From: Alphaproteobacteria bacterium
Lineage (GTDB): Bacteria; Pseudomonadota; Alphaproteobacteria; GCA-2731375
Direction of reading: 5' to 3'
Length of the DNA: 64,000 nt
Assembly: GCA_965225945.1 (NCBI GenBank)
Contig: CBDDBZ010000020.1
Coordinates: forward strand, 32,001 to 96,000
Part shown: positions 9,693 through 20,569 of the stretch, piece by piece
Numbering within the stretch: the stretch's first letter is position 1
How the letters are laid out: each line of letters starts with the position of its first letter
Translations under genes and position numbers: made by a program
Notes under the pieces: generated by a model
What the model saw: only the letters and a program-made list of their open reading frames with translations
Told to the model about the DNA's origin: nothing
Database searches by the model: none

Positions 9693-10963
9693 CAGCCGAA
9701 GATCTCCTTTACGCTCTCTAGCGCCTCGGCCAGCACCTCGACCTCGGCCTTGGTGTTGTAAAGGCCGAAGGAGGCCCGCGCCGTCGCCGCCACGCCGAGC
9801 CGATCCATCAGCGGCTGGGCGCAGTGATGGCCGACCCGGACCGCGACGCCGGCCCTATCGACGATGGTGCCGACGTCGTGCGCGTGCACGCCTTCCAGCG
9901 TGAAGGAGACGATCGCCGACTTCTCGCGCGCCCTGCCATACATGGTGAACCCCGGCACCTCGGCCAAACGCCGGTGGGCATGGCCCAAGAGGTCCGCCTC
10001 GTGTGCCGCGATGTTCGCCATGCCGAGCCCGTCGACATAGTCGATCGCGGCGCCGAGGGCGATCGTCTCGGGAATCGCCACGGTGCCGGCCTCGAAGCGG
10101 AGCGGCGGCGCCAGATAGGTCGTCTCCTCGAAGCTAACATGGCTGATCATGCTGCCGCCCCCCTGGTAGGGCGGCATCTTCTCCAGCAGCTCATACTTGC
10201 CGTAGAGCACGCCGACGCCGCCAGGCCCATAGAGCTTGTGCGGCGCGAAGGCGTAGAAGTCGCAGTCCAGGTCCTGGACGTCGACGGCCATGTGGTTGAT
10301 GCCCTGACAGCCGTCGAGCAGGACCGGCACGCCGTGTTGGTGTGCCAGGCGGGCGATCTCCTTCACCGGCAGCACGGTACCGAGCACGTTGGAGACGTGG
10401 GCGACGGCGACGAGGCGCGTGCGCGGGCCGATCAGGGCGGCGAATTCGTCGAGCAGGAAATTACCGTCGTCGTCCATCGGCGCCACCTTCACGACGACGC
10501 CGATCTGATCGCGCAAGAGCTGCCAAGGCACGATGTTGGAGTGATGCTCCATCACCGAGAGAATGATCTCGTCGCCTTCCCGGAAGAAGTTTCGCCCATA
10601 ACTCTGCGCCACCAGGTTGATCGCCTCGGTGGCGCCGTGGGTGAAGACGATCTCTTCCTCGCAGGCGGCGTTCATGAAGCGCGCGACCTTGCCGCGCACC
10701 GCGTCGTAGCGTTGGGTCGAGATCTGGCTCAGATAGTGAAGGCCGCGATGGATGTTCGAGTATTCCTCCTCCATCACCTGGCGCATGGTGTCGATCACGA
10801 CGCGCGGCTTTTGCGCGCTGGCGCCTGAATCCAGGTAAACCAGCGGTCGGCCGTAGACCTCGCGGGCGAGCACCGGGAAGTCGCGCCGGACCCGCTCGAC
10901 GTCGAAGCCGAGAGCGGAATTGTGTCCGCTTTCGGGGCGAGGGGCGCCCGCCACGTCGTTCAT
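9692..10963 (-). CDS. sufS: Cysteine desulfurase
   Basis: YLDSGASAQKP, MEHHSNIVPWQ, HKLYGP, RVGHHCAQP. Start at MNDVAGAP. Confidence 0.95.
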   Translation of the reverse strand: MNDVAGAPRPESGHNSALGFDVERVRRDFPVLAREVYGRPLVYLDSGASAQKPRVVIDTMRQVMEEEYSNIHRGLHYLSQISTQRYDAVRGKVARFMNAACEEEIVFTHGATEAINLVAQSYGRNFFREGDEIILSVMEHHSNIVPWQLLRDQIGVVVKVAPMDDDGNFLLDEFAALIGPRTRLVAVAHVSNVLGTVLPVKEIARLAHQHGVPVLLDGCQGINHMAVDVQDLDCDFYAFAPHKLYGPGGVGVLYGKYELLEKMPPYQGGGSMISHVSFEETTYLAPPLRFEAGTVAIPETIALGAAIDYVDGLGMANIAAHEADLLGHAHRRLAEVPGFTMYGRAREKSAIVSFTLEGVHAHDVGTIVDRAGVAVRVGHHCAQPLMDRLGVAATARASFGLYNTKAEVEVLAEALESVKEIFG

Positions 10964-12282
10964 GTCGCGTCCTCCCCCTGGGCCCGCGCCGAGAATTCGG
11001 CGATCCGCGCCGCCAGGATTTCTCGCAATCCCGCGTCCTCGACCTCCGCCAGGGCGTCGACCAGGAAAGCCTCGACCAGGATCCGCCGTGCTGCTTCGAG
11101 CCCGATACCCCGGGTCCGGAGGTAGAACAGCGCATCCTCGTCCAGCGCGCCGGTGGTGGCGCCGTGGGCGCACTTCACGTCGTCGGCGAAGATCTCCAGC
11201 TCCGGCTTGGTGTCGATCTCGGCCCGGTCGGAAAGCAGCAGCGTCTTGTTGAGCTGGCGCCCGTCGGCCCCCTGGGCGCCCGGCGCCACGGTGACGCGGC
11301 CCTGGAAGACCGCCTTGGCCCGGTCGTCCAGCACGCCCTTGAAGACCTGCGCGCTGGTCGTCTTCTCGGCCCCGTGCGTCACCTCGGTGATGATGTCGCC
11401 CTGCTGGCGCTCGCGCAGCAGGTAGATCCCGCCGAGCCGGCAGTCCGCCGCCTCGCCGTCGAGCTCCGCGATCATCTCCTCGCGCGAGAGCCCGCCGCCC
11501 AGCAGCACGATGAAACCGTCGAGCCGGGCGCCCTCGCCCAGGCGGGCGAAGGTCTGATGGATCCGGTGGCAGTCGGGCGCCGTTTCGGCGAGACGGTGGA
11601 AGCTCAGCCGGGCGCGCGGGCCGAGATCGATTTCGCAAGCCTCGTTCACCAGTCGCGCGCCGCCGCCGAGATCGACCCGGTGCTCGACCAGGCTGGCGGC
11701 ACTGCCTTCCCCCAGCGCGATCAGATGGCGGAGATGATGGGCCTTGGTCTCGCCGTCGGCGATCGCCACGTGAACGCACTCGATCGGCTTCTCGACGACC
11801 ACGCCCGGCGCCAGGCGAAGGACGAAGCCGTCGCTCATCATCGCCGTGTTCAGGTCGAGGAACGGGCGCGTCGCATCCTCGTGATCGAGTGCCGCGATCG
11901 GCGCCGGCTTGGCCAGCGCCTCGGTGAGCGTGCCGAGCGCCGCCCCCTCCGGCAGGCCGGCGAAACTCGAGAGCGCGGCATTGAGCCGGCCGTTGACGAA
12001 GACCAGACGCGCCGCGACCGCTTCGCGAGCCAACAGTGTCGGTGCCCGGTCGAGCACCGGCGCCGAATTTGGCCGCTCGGGCGTCGGCTCCAGCTTCAGC
12101 AGCGTGTTGAGATTGGTATGACGCCAGGTCTCGGCCTTCGGCCTCGGCATGCCCTCGCGCGCCAGACGCTCTCGGGCCGCGCGGCGTAGGTCGGCCACCC
12201 ACGCGCCCTCGCCTTCGCCGAGCCAGGGGAGGCTCGGCGCCAGCGCCGTCGCGGCCCGGATTTGCCGCTGCGCCCGCACCAT
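10960..12282 (-). CDS. sufD: Fe-S cluster assembly protein SufD
   Basis: ETWRHTN, VFQGRV, KPELEIFADDVKCAHGAT, LFYLRTRG. Confidence 0.93.
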   Translation of the reverse strand: MVRAQRQIRAATALAPSLPWLGEGEGAWVADLRRAARERLAREGMPRPKAETWRHTNLNTLLKLEPTPERPNSAPVLDRAPTLLAREAVAARLVFVNGRLNAALSSFAGLPEGAALGTLTEALAKPAPIAALDHEDATRPFLDLNTAMMSDGFVLRLAPGVVVEKPIECVHVAIADGETKAHHLRHLIALGEGSAASLVEHRVDLGGGARLVNEACEIDLGPRARLSFHRLAETAPDCHRIHQTFARLGEGARLDGFIVLLGGGLSREEMIAELDGEAADCRLGGIYLLRERQQGDIITEVTHGAEKTTSAQVFKGVLDDRAKAVFQGRVTVAPGAQGADGRQLNKTLLLSDRAEIDTKPELEIFADDVKCAHGATTGALDEDALFYLRTRGIGLEAARRILVEAFLVDALAEVEDAGLREILAARIAEFSARAQGEDAT

Positions 12283-13034
12283 CAGGCCGCCTCGCCCACG
12301 CCGTAGGCGGCATAACCTTCCGCCTCCAGCTTCTCGGCCAGCTCGCACCCGCCGCTCTCGACGATGCGGCCATTTACCAGCACGTGCACCCGGTCCGGCA
12401 CGATGTGGTTCAACAGCCGCTGGTAATGCGTGATCACCAGCATCGAGCGATCGGGCGCGCGGAGCGCGTTCACGCCTTCCGCGACGATTCCCAGCGCGTC
12501 GATATCGAGCCCGCTGTCGGTCTCGTCCAGCACCGAGAGCTTGGGCTCCAGGACCGCCATCTGCAGCACCTCGTTGCGCTTCTTCTCGCCACCGGAGAAG
12601 CCGACGTTGACGGCGCGGCGCAGCATTTCGTCGGTGATGGCGAGCTGCTTGGTCTTGGCCCGGACGTGCTTCAGGAACTGCATGGCGTCGAGCGGCGATT
12701 CACCCCGCCGGCCGCGGATCGCGTTCACCGCTTCCTTGAGGAAGGTCATGTTGGCCACGCCCGGCAGCTCGACGGGGTACTGAAAGGCGAGGAACAGGCC
12801 GTCGGCCGCGCGGTCCTCCGGCGCGCGATCCAGGAGATCGGAACCCTCGAAGGTGACCCGGCCCTCCGTCACCTCGTAGCCCTCGCGGCCCGCCAGCACG
12901 TAAGCGAGCGTGCTCTTGCCCGAGCCGTTGGGACCCATGAGAGCGTGCACCTCTCCCGGATCGATCCCGAGATCGATCCCCTTCAGCACCGCCTTGTCGC
13001 CGACCGCGACGTGCAAGTTCTCGATACGCAACAT
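12282..13034 (-). CDS. sufC: Fe-S cluster assembly ATPase SufC
   Basis: GPNGSGKST, GFSGGEKKRNE, LDETDSGLDIDAL, ITHYQRLL. Confidence 0.96.
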   Translation of the reverse strand: MLRIENLHVAVGDKAVLKGIDLGIDPGEVHALMGPNGSGKSTLAYVLAGREGYEVTEGRVTFEGSDLLDRAPEDRAADGLFLAFQYPVELPGVANMTFLKEAVNAIRGRRGESPLDAMQFLKHVRAKTKQLAITDEMLRRAVNVGFSGGEKKRNEVLQMAVLEPKLSVLDETDSGLDIDALGIVAEGVNALRAPDRSMLVITHYQRLLNHIVPDRVHVLVNGRIVESGGCELAEKLEAEGYAAYGVGEAA

Positions 13035-13065
13035 GTCTCGACGTTCTCCTTCGCGCGGGCCGGCC

Positions 13066-14523
<1,458 letters not shown>

Positions 14524-14563
14524 GTCCGTCGTCGTCTCCCGAATAGGTTGCGCGGCGCGCCGC

Positions 14564-15013
14564 TCAGTGCGGCCGGGGGCCGAGCCCGGCCTGCCTCGAT
14601 GTGGGGATCACCGGTGCCGCCATCTCCTCCAGCGACACCTCTTCCAAGGCCCGACGGATCACCTGGTTGACCGGGTTCCAGTTGCCGCCCATGGGGCATA
14701 TGGCCTCGATGCCGCAGTGCTCGAGCGAGCCCTCGACGCACGCCGCGAGCGTGATCGGCCCCTCCAACGCGTCTATCACGCTCGCCACGCTGATCTCCCG
14801 CGAGGACCTCGCCAGCGCGTAGCCGCCCCCGGCGCCACGCCGCGACGCGACCAGTCCGGCGCCGCTCAACTGCTTCAACAGCTTGGCCACCGTGGGCCCG
14901 GGAACTCCCGACAATTTGGCGATTTCCGTCGCCGTCAAGACCTGGTCGCGGCGCCGCGCGAGCTGCGCCAGCACCACGACCCCATAGTCGGTCATCTTGT
15001 TCAATCGAACCAT
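14564..15013 (-). CDS. iscR: Rrf2/IscR-type SUF system regulator
   Basis: [20 protein letters not shown], three Cys (C-x7-C-x5-C); first gene of the suf operon. Confidence 0.8.
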   Translation of the reverse strand: MVRLNKMTDYGVVVLAQLARRRDQVLTATEIAKLSGVPGPTVAKLLKQLSGAGLVASRRGAGGGYALARSSREISVASVIDALEGPITLAACVEGSLEHCGIEAICPMGGNWNPVNQVIRRALEEVSLEEMAAPVIPTSRQAGLGPRPH

Positions 15014-15032
15014 TCTCGCCCGCCCTTCCGGA

Positions 15033-15084
15033 TATCGGACTAAATTGGTGCTGAATAAATGTGCCATACCCGCCGCCATGTCAA
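15033..15084 (-). promoter_or_regulatory. Candidate suf operon promoter and IscR-type operator
   Basis: TTGACA on the minus strand (15084-15079) and an imperfect dyad TATCGGACTAAATTGGTGCTGAATA just upstream of the regulator. The -10 element is weak. Confidence 0.4.
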
Positions 15085-15189
15085 GCGGAGAATTCGGCGA
15101 TTGCGGACAAGACCCCCCCCGGGGAGGTTTACGGCGAGGTTCACGCTGGCGGGGTCTTGTCGACGTGGTAGGCTTCGAGGCCGCGAACG

Positions 15190-16458
15190 GTGACCTCGAA
15201 TTCGGGGGATGGCGTGACGACGGGATTGATTCGTATCGCTTTTCTTTTGCTGGCGCTACCGCTCCTGGTGGCCGCGAGCGCGCCTCCGGGCTACCAATCC
15301 GGCAAGGCGGCATACGGCAGAAAGGACTACGAGAGCGCCGTTCGCGACTGGAAGACGTCGGCCGCGGCCGGCCATGTGCGCTCGCAATTCAACCTGGCGA
15401 CGATGTACTGGCGGGGGCGCGGCGTGCAACGCGACCGGAAAAAATCCTACGTCTGGTTCGAGCGCGCGGCCAACCGGGGGCATTTGACGTCGCAATACAT
15501 GGTGGGCCGGTCCTGGGAAACCGGCGCCGGGGTTTCCAAGCATCCCGGACGGGCCAAGGTTTGGTACGAAAAGGCGGCGGGTGCTGGTCACAAACTCGCG
15601 CAATACCGACTGGGCCGCATGATGATGCATGGTCTGGGCTTCGAGAAGGCGCCGAAGGATGGCGTCCTTTGGCTGCGGAAATCCGCCGCGCAGGGCGTTG
15701 CCGCCGCCTATTACGAGCTCGGACGGGCGTATGCGGCGGGCCGGGGCGTGCCCGAGAACGAGGAAGCGGCGGTCGAGTGGTACCGCAAGGCGGCCGAGGC
15801 CGATCATGCCCTCGGAAAGGAGAGGCTGGCGAGCGCGATGATGCGGGGTCTGGGCCTCGCCGCCGATCCCGAGGGCGCGGTCGCGCTCTATCTCGAGGCG
15901 ATCAAAGGCGGCAGCAAGCTGGCCATGATGGGCCTGGGCGATGCCTATATCCACGGAAAGGGCGGCCTGGAGAAGGCGCCGGAGGTGGGCGCGGCGTGGT
16001 ATGGCCGCGCCGCCGAGCTCGGCCATTGGAGCGCCGGATTGAAACTCGCCCGGATGTACGACCAGGGCAGGGGCCTGGCGAAGGACCCGGGCCGGGCGCT
16101 CCACTGGTACCAGGTCGCGGCCCGGGCCGGCAGCGCCGTGGCGGGCTACCAGGCCGGACGGCGCCATGAACTGGGACAAGGCACCCCGATCGACTACGTG
16201 GAGGCGATCGAGTGGTACTGGCGCGCCGCCAAGGGGGGACACGGGAAGGCGATGAAGAAGCTCGGCGGCCTGCTCGAGGCCGGACGAGGCGTCGCCGTCG
16301 ACCCGGTGGACGCGTTCTACTGGTACAGCCGCGCCGAGGCCCGAGGCGTATCGACGCTGACCGACCGACAACGGCTGATCGGCAAGATGAGCGCGGCCGA
16401 GATGGCGGCGGCCAAACGCAAGCTCGACAAGGCGCGGCGCCAGGGGCTCGTCAAGTAA
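15190..16458 (+). CDS. Exported Sel1-like repeat protein
   Basis: Signal peptide-like N-terminus followed by about 10 SEL1 repeats (AQYxLGxMY..GxG...A..WY.KAA..G). Confidence 0.9.
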   Translation: MTSNSGDGVTTGLIRIAFLLLALPLLVAASAPPGYQSGKAAYGRKDYESAVRDWKTSAAAGHVRSQFNLATMYWRGRGVQRDRKKSYVWFERAANRGHLTSQYMVGRSWETGAGVSKHPGRAKVWYEKAAGAGHKLAQYRLGRMMMHGLGFEKAPKDGVLWLRKSAAQGVAAAYYELGRAYAAGRGVPENEEAAVEWYRKAAEADHALGKERLASAMMRGLGLAADPEGAVALYLEAIKGGSKLAMMGLGDAYIHGKGGLEKAPEVGAAWYGRAAELGHWSAGLKLARMYDQGRGLAKDPGRALHWYQVAARAGSAVAGYQAGRRHELGQGTPIDYVEAIEWYWRAAKGGHGKAMKKLGGLLEAGRGVAVDPVDAFYWYSRAEARGVSTLTDRQRLIGKMSAAEMAAAKRKLDKARRQGLVK

Positions 16459-16720
16459 GGGCAGGCCGCGCCCGGCGCGCCTGCCCCAGAGGCCGATTTG
16501 CCGCCATCGAACGCTTCCATATGGTCGGATCGTGCTCTAGTCCAGCGGCTTCGGATCTCCGAGCCTGGTCGATAGTTCCCGGTTAAAAAATCCTTCGTCA
16601 GGTTCGCCCGAGAGTGTCCGATGACGGTGAGGGGGAAAATGCAAAAGTTTCCCATGCGCGACTTGGAGATCGAAGCGCGCAAGGGCGATGCCGCCTAGGA
16701 GCCGAGCGAAAGGAAGCATC

Positions 16721-17182
16721 ATGATGTTCTCGAAACCATCCCTGATGACACGAATCGTCGTGGGCAAGATCGTCGGGGCCGTCATCGGCCTCGCCGGCTT
16801 TCTCATGCTGCCCCTGTTCTGGCCCGAAGCCGATTGGCTGATCCGGTGGGGCGTGTTGCTGTGGTACACGACCGTCGGCGCCATCATCGGCGTGATGGGC
16901 GTCTATACGCGCCATCCGTTGCTGAATTTTCCCATGCCCTGGTGGCTGCGCGCGCCGGGGCTGGGGGCGTGGATGAACTTCGTGCTCGTCTTCTTCACTT
17001 ACGAGAAGATGGAGGCGATCCTCGTCTCCATGTTTGGCGTGGAGAGCGCTTGGACGTCACCGTTCTGGTTCGTCCTGGAGGGTGCGTTGGTGGGGCTGAT
17101 CATCGGCTTCCTCGCGACGCGCCTCGGCGGCGAGGGCGAGGCGGCGCTCCGCGCCGACCTGCGCGCGCGCGAAGGGCATTGA
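16721..17182 (+). CDS. Hypothetical integral membrane protein (about 4 TM)
   Basis: Several hydrophobic segments; AAGGAAG RBS before ATG. Confidence 0.7.
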   Translation: MMFSKPSLMTRIVVGKIVGAVIGLAGFLMLPLFWPEADWLIRWGVLLWYTTVGAIIGVMGVYTRHPLLNFPMPWWLRAPGLGAWMNFVLVFFTYEKMEAILVSMFGVESAWTSPFWFVLEGALVGLIIGFLATRLGGEGEAALRADLRAREGH

Positions 17183-17313
17183 GCGCCGCGCGTCCCGTGC
17201 CTTCCAGCTGCTCGAGCGGCCGCCGTTCGGGGGAGAAGCCGGGATCGCCAGACTCGTCTCGGCGTCGCTTGCGCGGCGATTGCGCCAGGGCCTGGGCGGC
17301 AGGCTCGGATCGA

Positions 17314-18465
17314 CTACGCCGCTTCGTCGAGCGCCTCCTGGATCGAGCGGTGGTAGAAGCCGAGCGCGGGCTCGTTGCGGCCGAAGACGACGTGCGGTTG
17401 TGCCTCGGTGTGGAAGCTCCGCTGAATGCCCTCGCCGAGGGGGAAGTCCTCGTTCTGAACCACTTCCATCAGCAAGTTCATGTTGTTGTCCCAGTGACGC
17501 CGAGCGCTGTCGGTGGACGTCGGCTCGGGCGTATAGAGTGAAATGTACATCCGGCTCGCGTCGGGGCCGCCCATCGGCTCCACCCGCCAGGTCTCCAGAT
17601 GGTCGCCCTGCACCAGGAACACGGTGTTGGGGAACAGCACGTAGACGATCGCGGTGTGGTGGATCAGATCCCAATCCGCTTCCGGGCGCTGGCGCATTTC
17701 GTCGAAGCTTGGGCGCACGTAGATGCCGCGCAAGTTGCGGCCGTAGCCGTCGAAGGTGGCGACGTTGGAGCGGATGATGCCGGTCAGCGTGTCCTTGTGC
17801 AGCACGTTCAGGTGGTAGGTCTCGAGGAAGGTGTCGACCACCAGCTTCCAGTTCATCTCCTGCTCCAGCACACGGGTCTCGAAGTGATGGTAGCTGGCCA
17901 GGTCGTAGGCGCGAAGCTCCTCCTCCAGGGGCGAGGTCAGATGGCCCTCGATGTCGATCTCGGCGCCGGGCGTCGCCACCACCCAGACCATGCCGTCCTT
18001 CTCCACCAGCGGCAGCGGAGTCAGGCCATACGTCGCCTGGTCGATCTGGTCGAAGCCCTCGAGGTGCGGGATCGCCACCAGGCGGCCCGAGCGGTCGTAG
18101 CTCCAGCCGTGGTAGGGGCAAGAGAACGATTTGCCGCACTCGCCCCGGCCCTCCAGCAGCATGGCGCCACGGTGGCGGCAGACGTTGAGGAAGGCGGCGA
18201 GCCGGCCCTCGTCGTCGCGCACGATCAGGATCGGCACCCCGTCGACGATCTCGGCCCGGTAGCCGCCGGGCTCCGGAAACTCGCAACCGAGCCCCATGAA
18301 GAGCGGGCCCTCGCGAAAGAAGGCCTTCCGCTCGCGCGCGAGGCGCGAGGGGCAGGTATAGCCCGCGACGGGGTTGCGATAGACCTCGTCGGCCATCGCC
18401 GTGGTGCGGTTGTCCAGATAGTCGCAAAGCCGGCGAGCCTGGGTGATCTGAACCTCTCGTCGCAT
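17314..18465 (-). CDS. Rieske aromatic ring-hydroxylating oxygenase alpha subunit
   Basis: Rieske ligands CRHRG and CPYHGW; mononuclear iron motif ETYHLNVLH. Confidence 0.9.
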   Translation of the reverse strand: MRREVQITQARRLCDYLDNRTTAMADEVYRNPVAGYTCPSRLARERKAFFREGPLFMGLGCEFPEPGGYRAEIVDGVPILIVRDDEGRLAAFLNVCRHRGAMLLEGRGECGKSFSCPYHGWSYDRSGRLVAIPHLEGFDQIDQATYGLTPLPLVEKDGMVWVVATPGAEIDIEGHLTSPLEEELRAYDLASYHHFETRVLEQEMNWKLVVDTFLETYHLNVLHKDTLTGIIRSNVATFDGYGRNLRGIYVRPSFDEMRQRPEADWDLIHHTAIVYVLFPNTVFLVQGDHLETWRVEPMGGPDASRMYISLYTPEPTSTDSARRHWDNNMNLLMEVVQNEDFPLGEGIQRSFHTEAQPHVVFGRNEPALGFYHRSIQEALDEAA

Positions 18466-18475
18466 CTTCGGATCC

Positions 18476-19633
18476 TCAAGCGTAAGGGACGGCCACCCGC
18501 CCGATCTTCTCGCGGGCGATGATCATTTTCTGAATTTGCTCCGTTCCATCGCCGATTTGAAGCCCCATCACGTCGCGCAGACGCTGTTCGTGCGGCAGAT
18601 CGGTGCTGTAGCCGTAATGGCCGTGGGTCAGCAGGCAGCGGTGAATGACCTGAAAGGCCAGTTGCGGACACCACCATTTGCACATCGCCGCCTGCGAGGT
18701 GTGCGCCATGTCCCGGTCGCGCAGCCAGAGCGTCTGGTAGCACAGCAGGCGGGCCGCCGTCATCTGCGTCTCCGCCTCCGCCAGCGGTTCCGTCACGCCC
18801 TGGAACTTGGCGATCGGCATGCCGAAGGCTTCCCGCTCGGTGATGTATTGCCAGGTCTCCTCCAGCGAGGCGAAGGCCGGCGCCAGGCACTGCAGGCCGA
18901 TGATCGCGCGGCTGTAGTCGAAGCCGTTCATGATCTGGCGAAAGCCCTCGCCCTCATCGCCGATCATCCTCTCGGGCGGGACCTCGACATCGTCGAAGAA
19001 GACCGAGCTGCGGCCGACCGCGCGGGTGCCGAGGTCGTCGAAGGTGGTGACGCTGATGCCGGGCGCGTCCATCGGCACGACGAAGGCGGTGACGCCGCGC
19101 GCCCGCTCCTCGACCGCGCCGGTTCGCGCCAGCACGACGATCTCGTCGGCCTGGTTGGCGAGCGAGATCGAGGTCTTCTCCCCGTTCAGCACGAAGCGGT
19201 TGCCCTCGCGTCGCGCCTTCAGGATCAGCCCGGCGGCGTCCGAGCCGCCGCGCGGCTCGGTCAGGCCGAGGGCCAACACGCTCTCGCCCTTGCACATCGG
19301 CTCCAGGATCTCCCGGGCCAGCCCCGGCGAGGCGTGGCGCGCGATCATCGAGCCCAAGAGCGAGCCGTTCAGCACCACGTAACAGACCGAATGGTCGGCG
19401 CGGCCGATCTCCTCGGCGATGATGCCGGTCGTGGTGGTATCGAGTCCGAGGCCGCCGAATTCCTCCGGCACGTCGGCGCCGACGAGGCCGAGCCCGCCCA
19501 TCTCGCGGGTCAGATCCTTGCCGATCACACCCGCCCCCTCGCGCGCCTTGTAGGTCGGCGCCAGGCGGTCGGCGGCGAAGCGCCGGGCCGTCTCGCGGAT
19601 GGCCTCCTGTTCCTCGCTGAAGGCGAAATCCAT
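18476..19633 (-). CDS. Acyl-CoA dehydrogenase (cyclohexanecarboxyl-CoA dehydrogenase-like)
   Basis: LTEPRGGSDA, NGEKTSIS, FQGV, GHYGY, IGDGTEQI. Confidence 0.85.
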   Translation of the reverse strand: MDFAFSEEQEAIRETARRFAADRLAPTYKAREGAGVIGKDLTREMGGLGLVGADVPEEFGGLGLDTTTTGIIAEEIGRADHSVCYVVLNGSLLGSMIARHASPGLAREILEPMCKGESVLALGLTEPRGGSDAAGLILKARREGNRFVLNGEKTSISLANQADEIVVLARTGAVEERARGVTAFVVPMDAPGISVTTFDDLGTRAVGRSSVFFDDVEVPPERMIGDEGEGFRQIMNGFDYSRAIIGLQCLAPAFASLEETWQYITEREAFGMPIAKFQGVTEPLAEAETQMTAARLLCYQTLWLRDRDMAHTSQAAMCKWWCPQLAFQVIHRCLLTHGHYGYSTDLPHEQRLRDVMGLQIGDGTEQIQKMIIAREKIGRVAVPYA

Positions 19634-19848
19634 AGTGGCGTTCCCTTGTCGTTGGGCCGGAGGAACTAGGACGTTGTCCGACCCGGTCCGGCCACCTGGC
19701 GATGGCGATTTTGCCTCATGACATGTGGCGGCGAAAGTCGGCCGCCCGCTTCTCGCCGAGGGCGGTGAAACCTTCCTTCGATTCCGCCGTGTCGCCATGG
19801 GTCATGGCCACGCTCTCGCCGTTTTCTGTTAGGGTGCGCACCATCCTC

Positions 19849-19876
19849 GAATTCTAACTAACGATCGTTGGAATTC
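19849..19876. promoter_or_regulatory. Candidate TetR operator
   Basis: 28-bp dyad GAATTCTAAC-N8-GTTGGAATTC (1 mismatch) between the divergent acyl-CoA dehydrogenase and tetR genes. Confidence 0.55.
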
Positions 19877-19910
19877 CCAGTTCCAATTGGCCGTGTTCCA
19901 CGGAGTTTCC

Positions 19911-20522
19911 ATGCCCGACGCCGCCCGCGCCGAAGCCACCAAGTCGGAGGTCAGCCGCCAACGCATTCTGGATGCGGCGGCCAAGACGTTTCGCGACAAG
20001 GGCTATGTCGCGACTCGGCTGCAGGATATCGCCGAGGTCGCCGGGCTCCGCGCCGGCAGCATCTACTATCACTTCGCCTCCAAGGAGCACATCCTGGAGG
20101 CGGTGCTGGCGATCGGCATCGTGCGTCTGCGCCAGGCTCTCTCGGACGCCCTCGCAGGCCTGCCCGCCGAGGCCAGCCACCGGGACCGGATCTTCGCCGC
20201 CGCCCGGGCGCATCTCTCGACCTTGCTGGCGCAAGGCGCCTACACCTCCGCCAATATCCGGATATTCGGTCAAATTCCGGAGGAAATTCGGACCCGCCAC
20301 CGCGAGGAGCGGCGCGAATACGAACAGGACTGGCGCGTCTTGCTGCGGGCGGCGCAAGAGGCCGGTGAGATACATGGCGGGGTCGACCTGCGGCTGATGC
20401 GCCTGTTTCTCCTGGGCGGGCTCAATTGGACGATAGAGTGGTACCAGGACGGTGGCGCCACTAGCATCGACACCATCGCCGAGAGTTGTTGCCGGGGCCT
20501 GTTCGAAGGCGTCCACGGCTGA
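19911..20522 (+). CDS. TetR/AcrR family regulator (KstR2-like)
   Basis: ILDAAAKTFRDKGY...IAEVAGLRAGSIYYHFASKE HTH; C-terminal GGLNWTIEWY. Confidence 0.9.
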   Translation: MPDAARAEATKSEVSRQRILDAAAKTFRDKGYVATRLQDIAEVAGLRAGSIYYHFASKEHILEAVLAIGIVRLRQALSDALAGLPAEASHRDRIFAAARAHLSTLLAQGAYTSANIRIFGQIPEEIRTRHREERREYEQDWRVLLRAAQEAGEIHGGVDLRLMRLFLLGGLNWTIEWYQDGGATSIDTIAESCCRGLFEGVHG

Positions 20523-20537
20523 CGGCGCGGGGCCGCC

Positions 20538-20569
20538 CGGAACTCACGAAATCAGGCCGAGCGCCTTCA
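20538..20569. repeat. 32-bp direct repeat, left copy (duplicate of the radC 3' end)
   Basis: CGGAACTCACGAAATCAGGCCGAGCGCCTTCA is identical to 28979-29010. Confidence 0.9.
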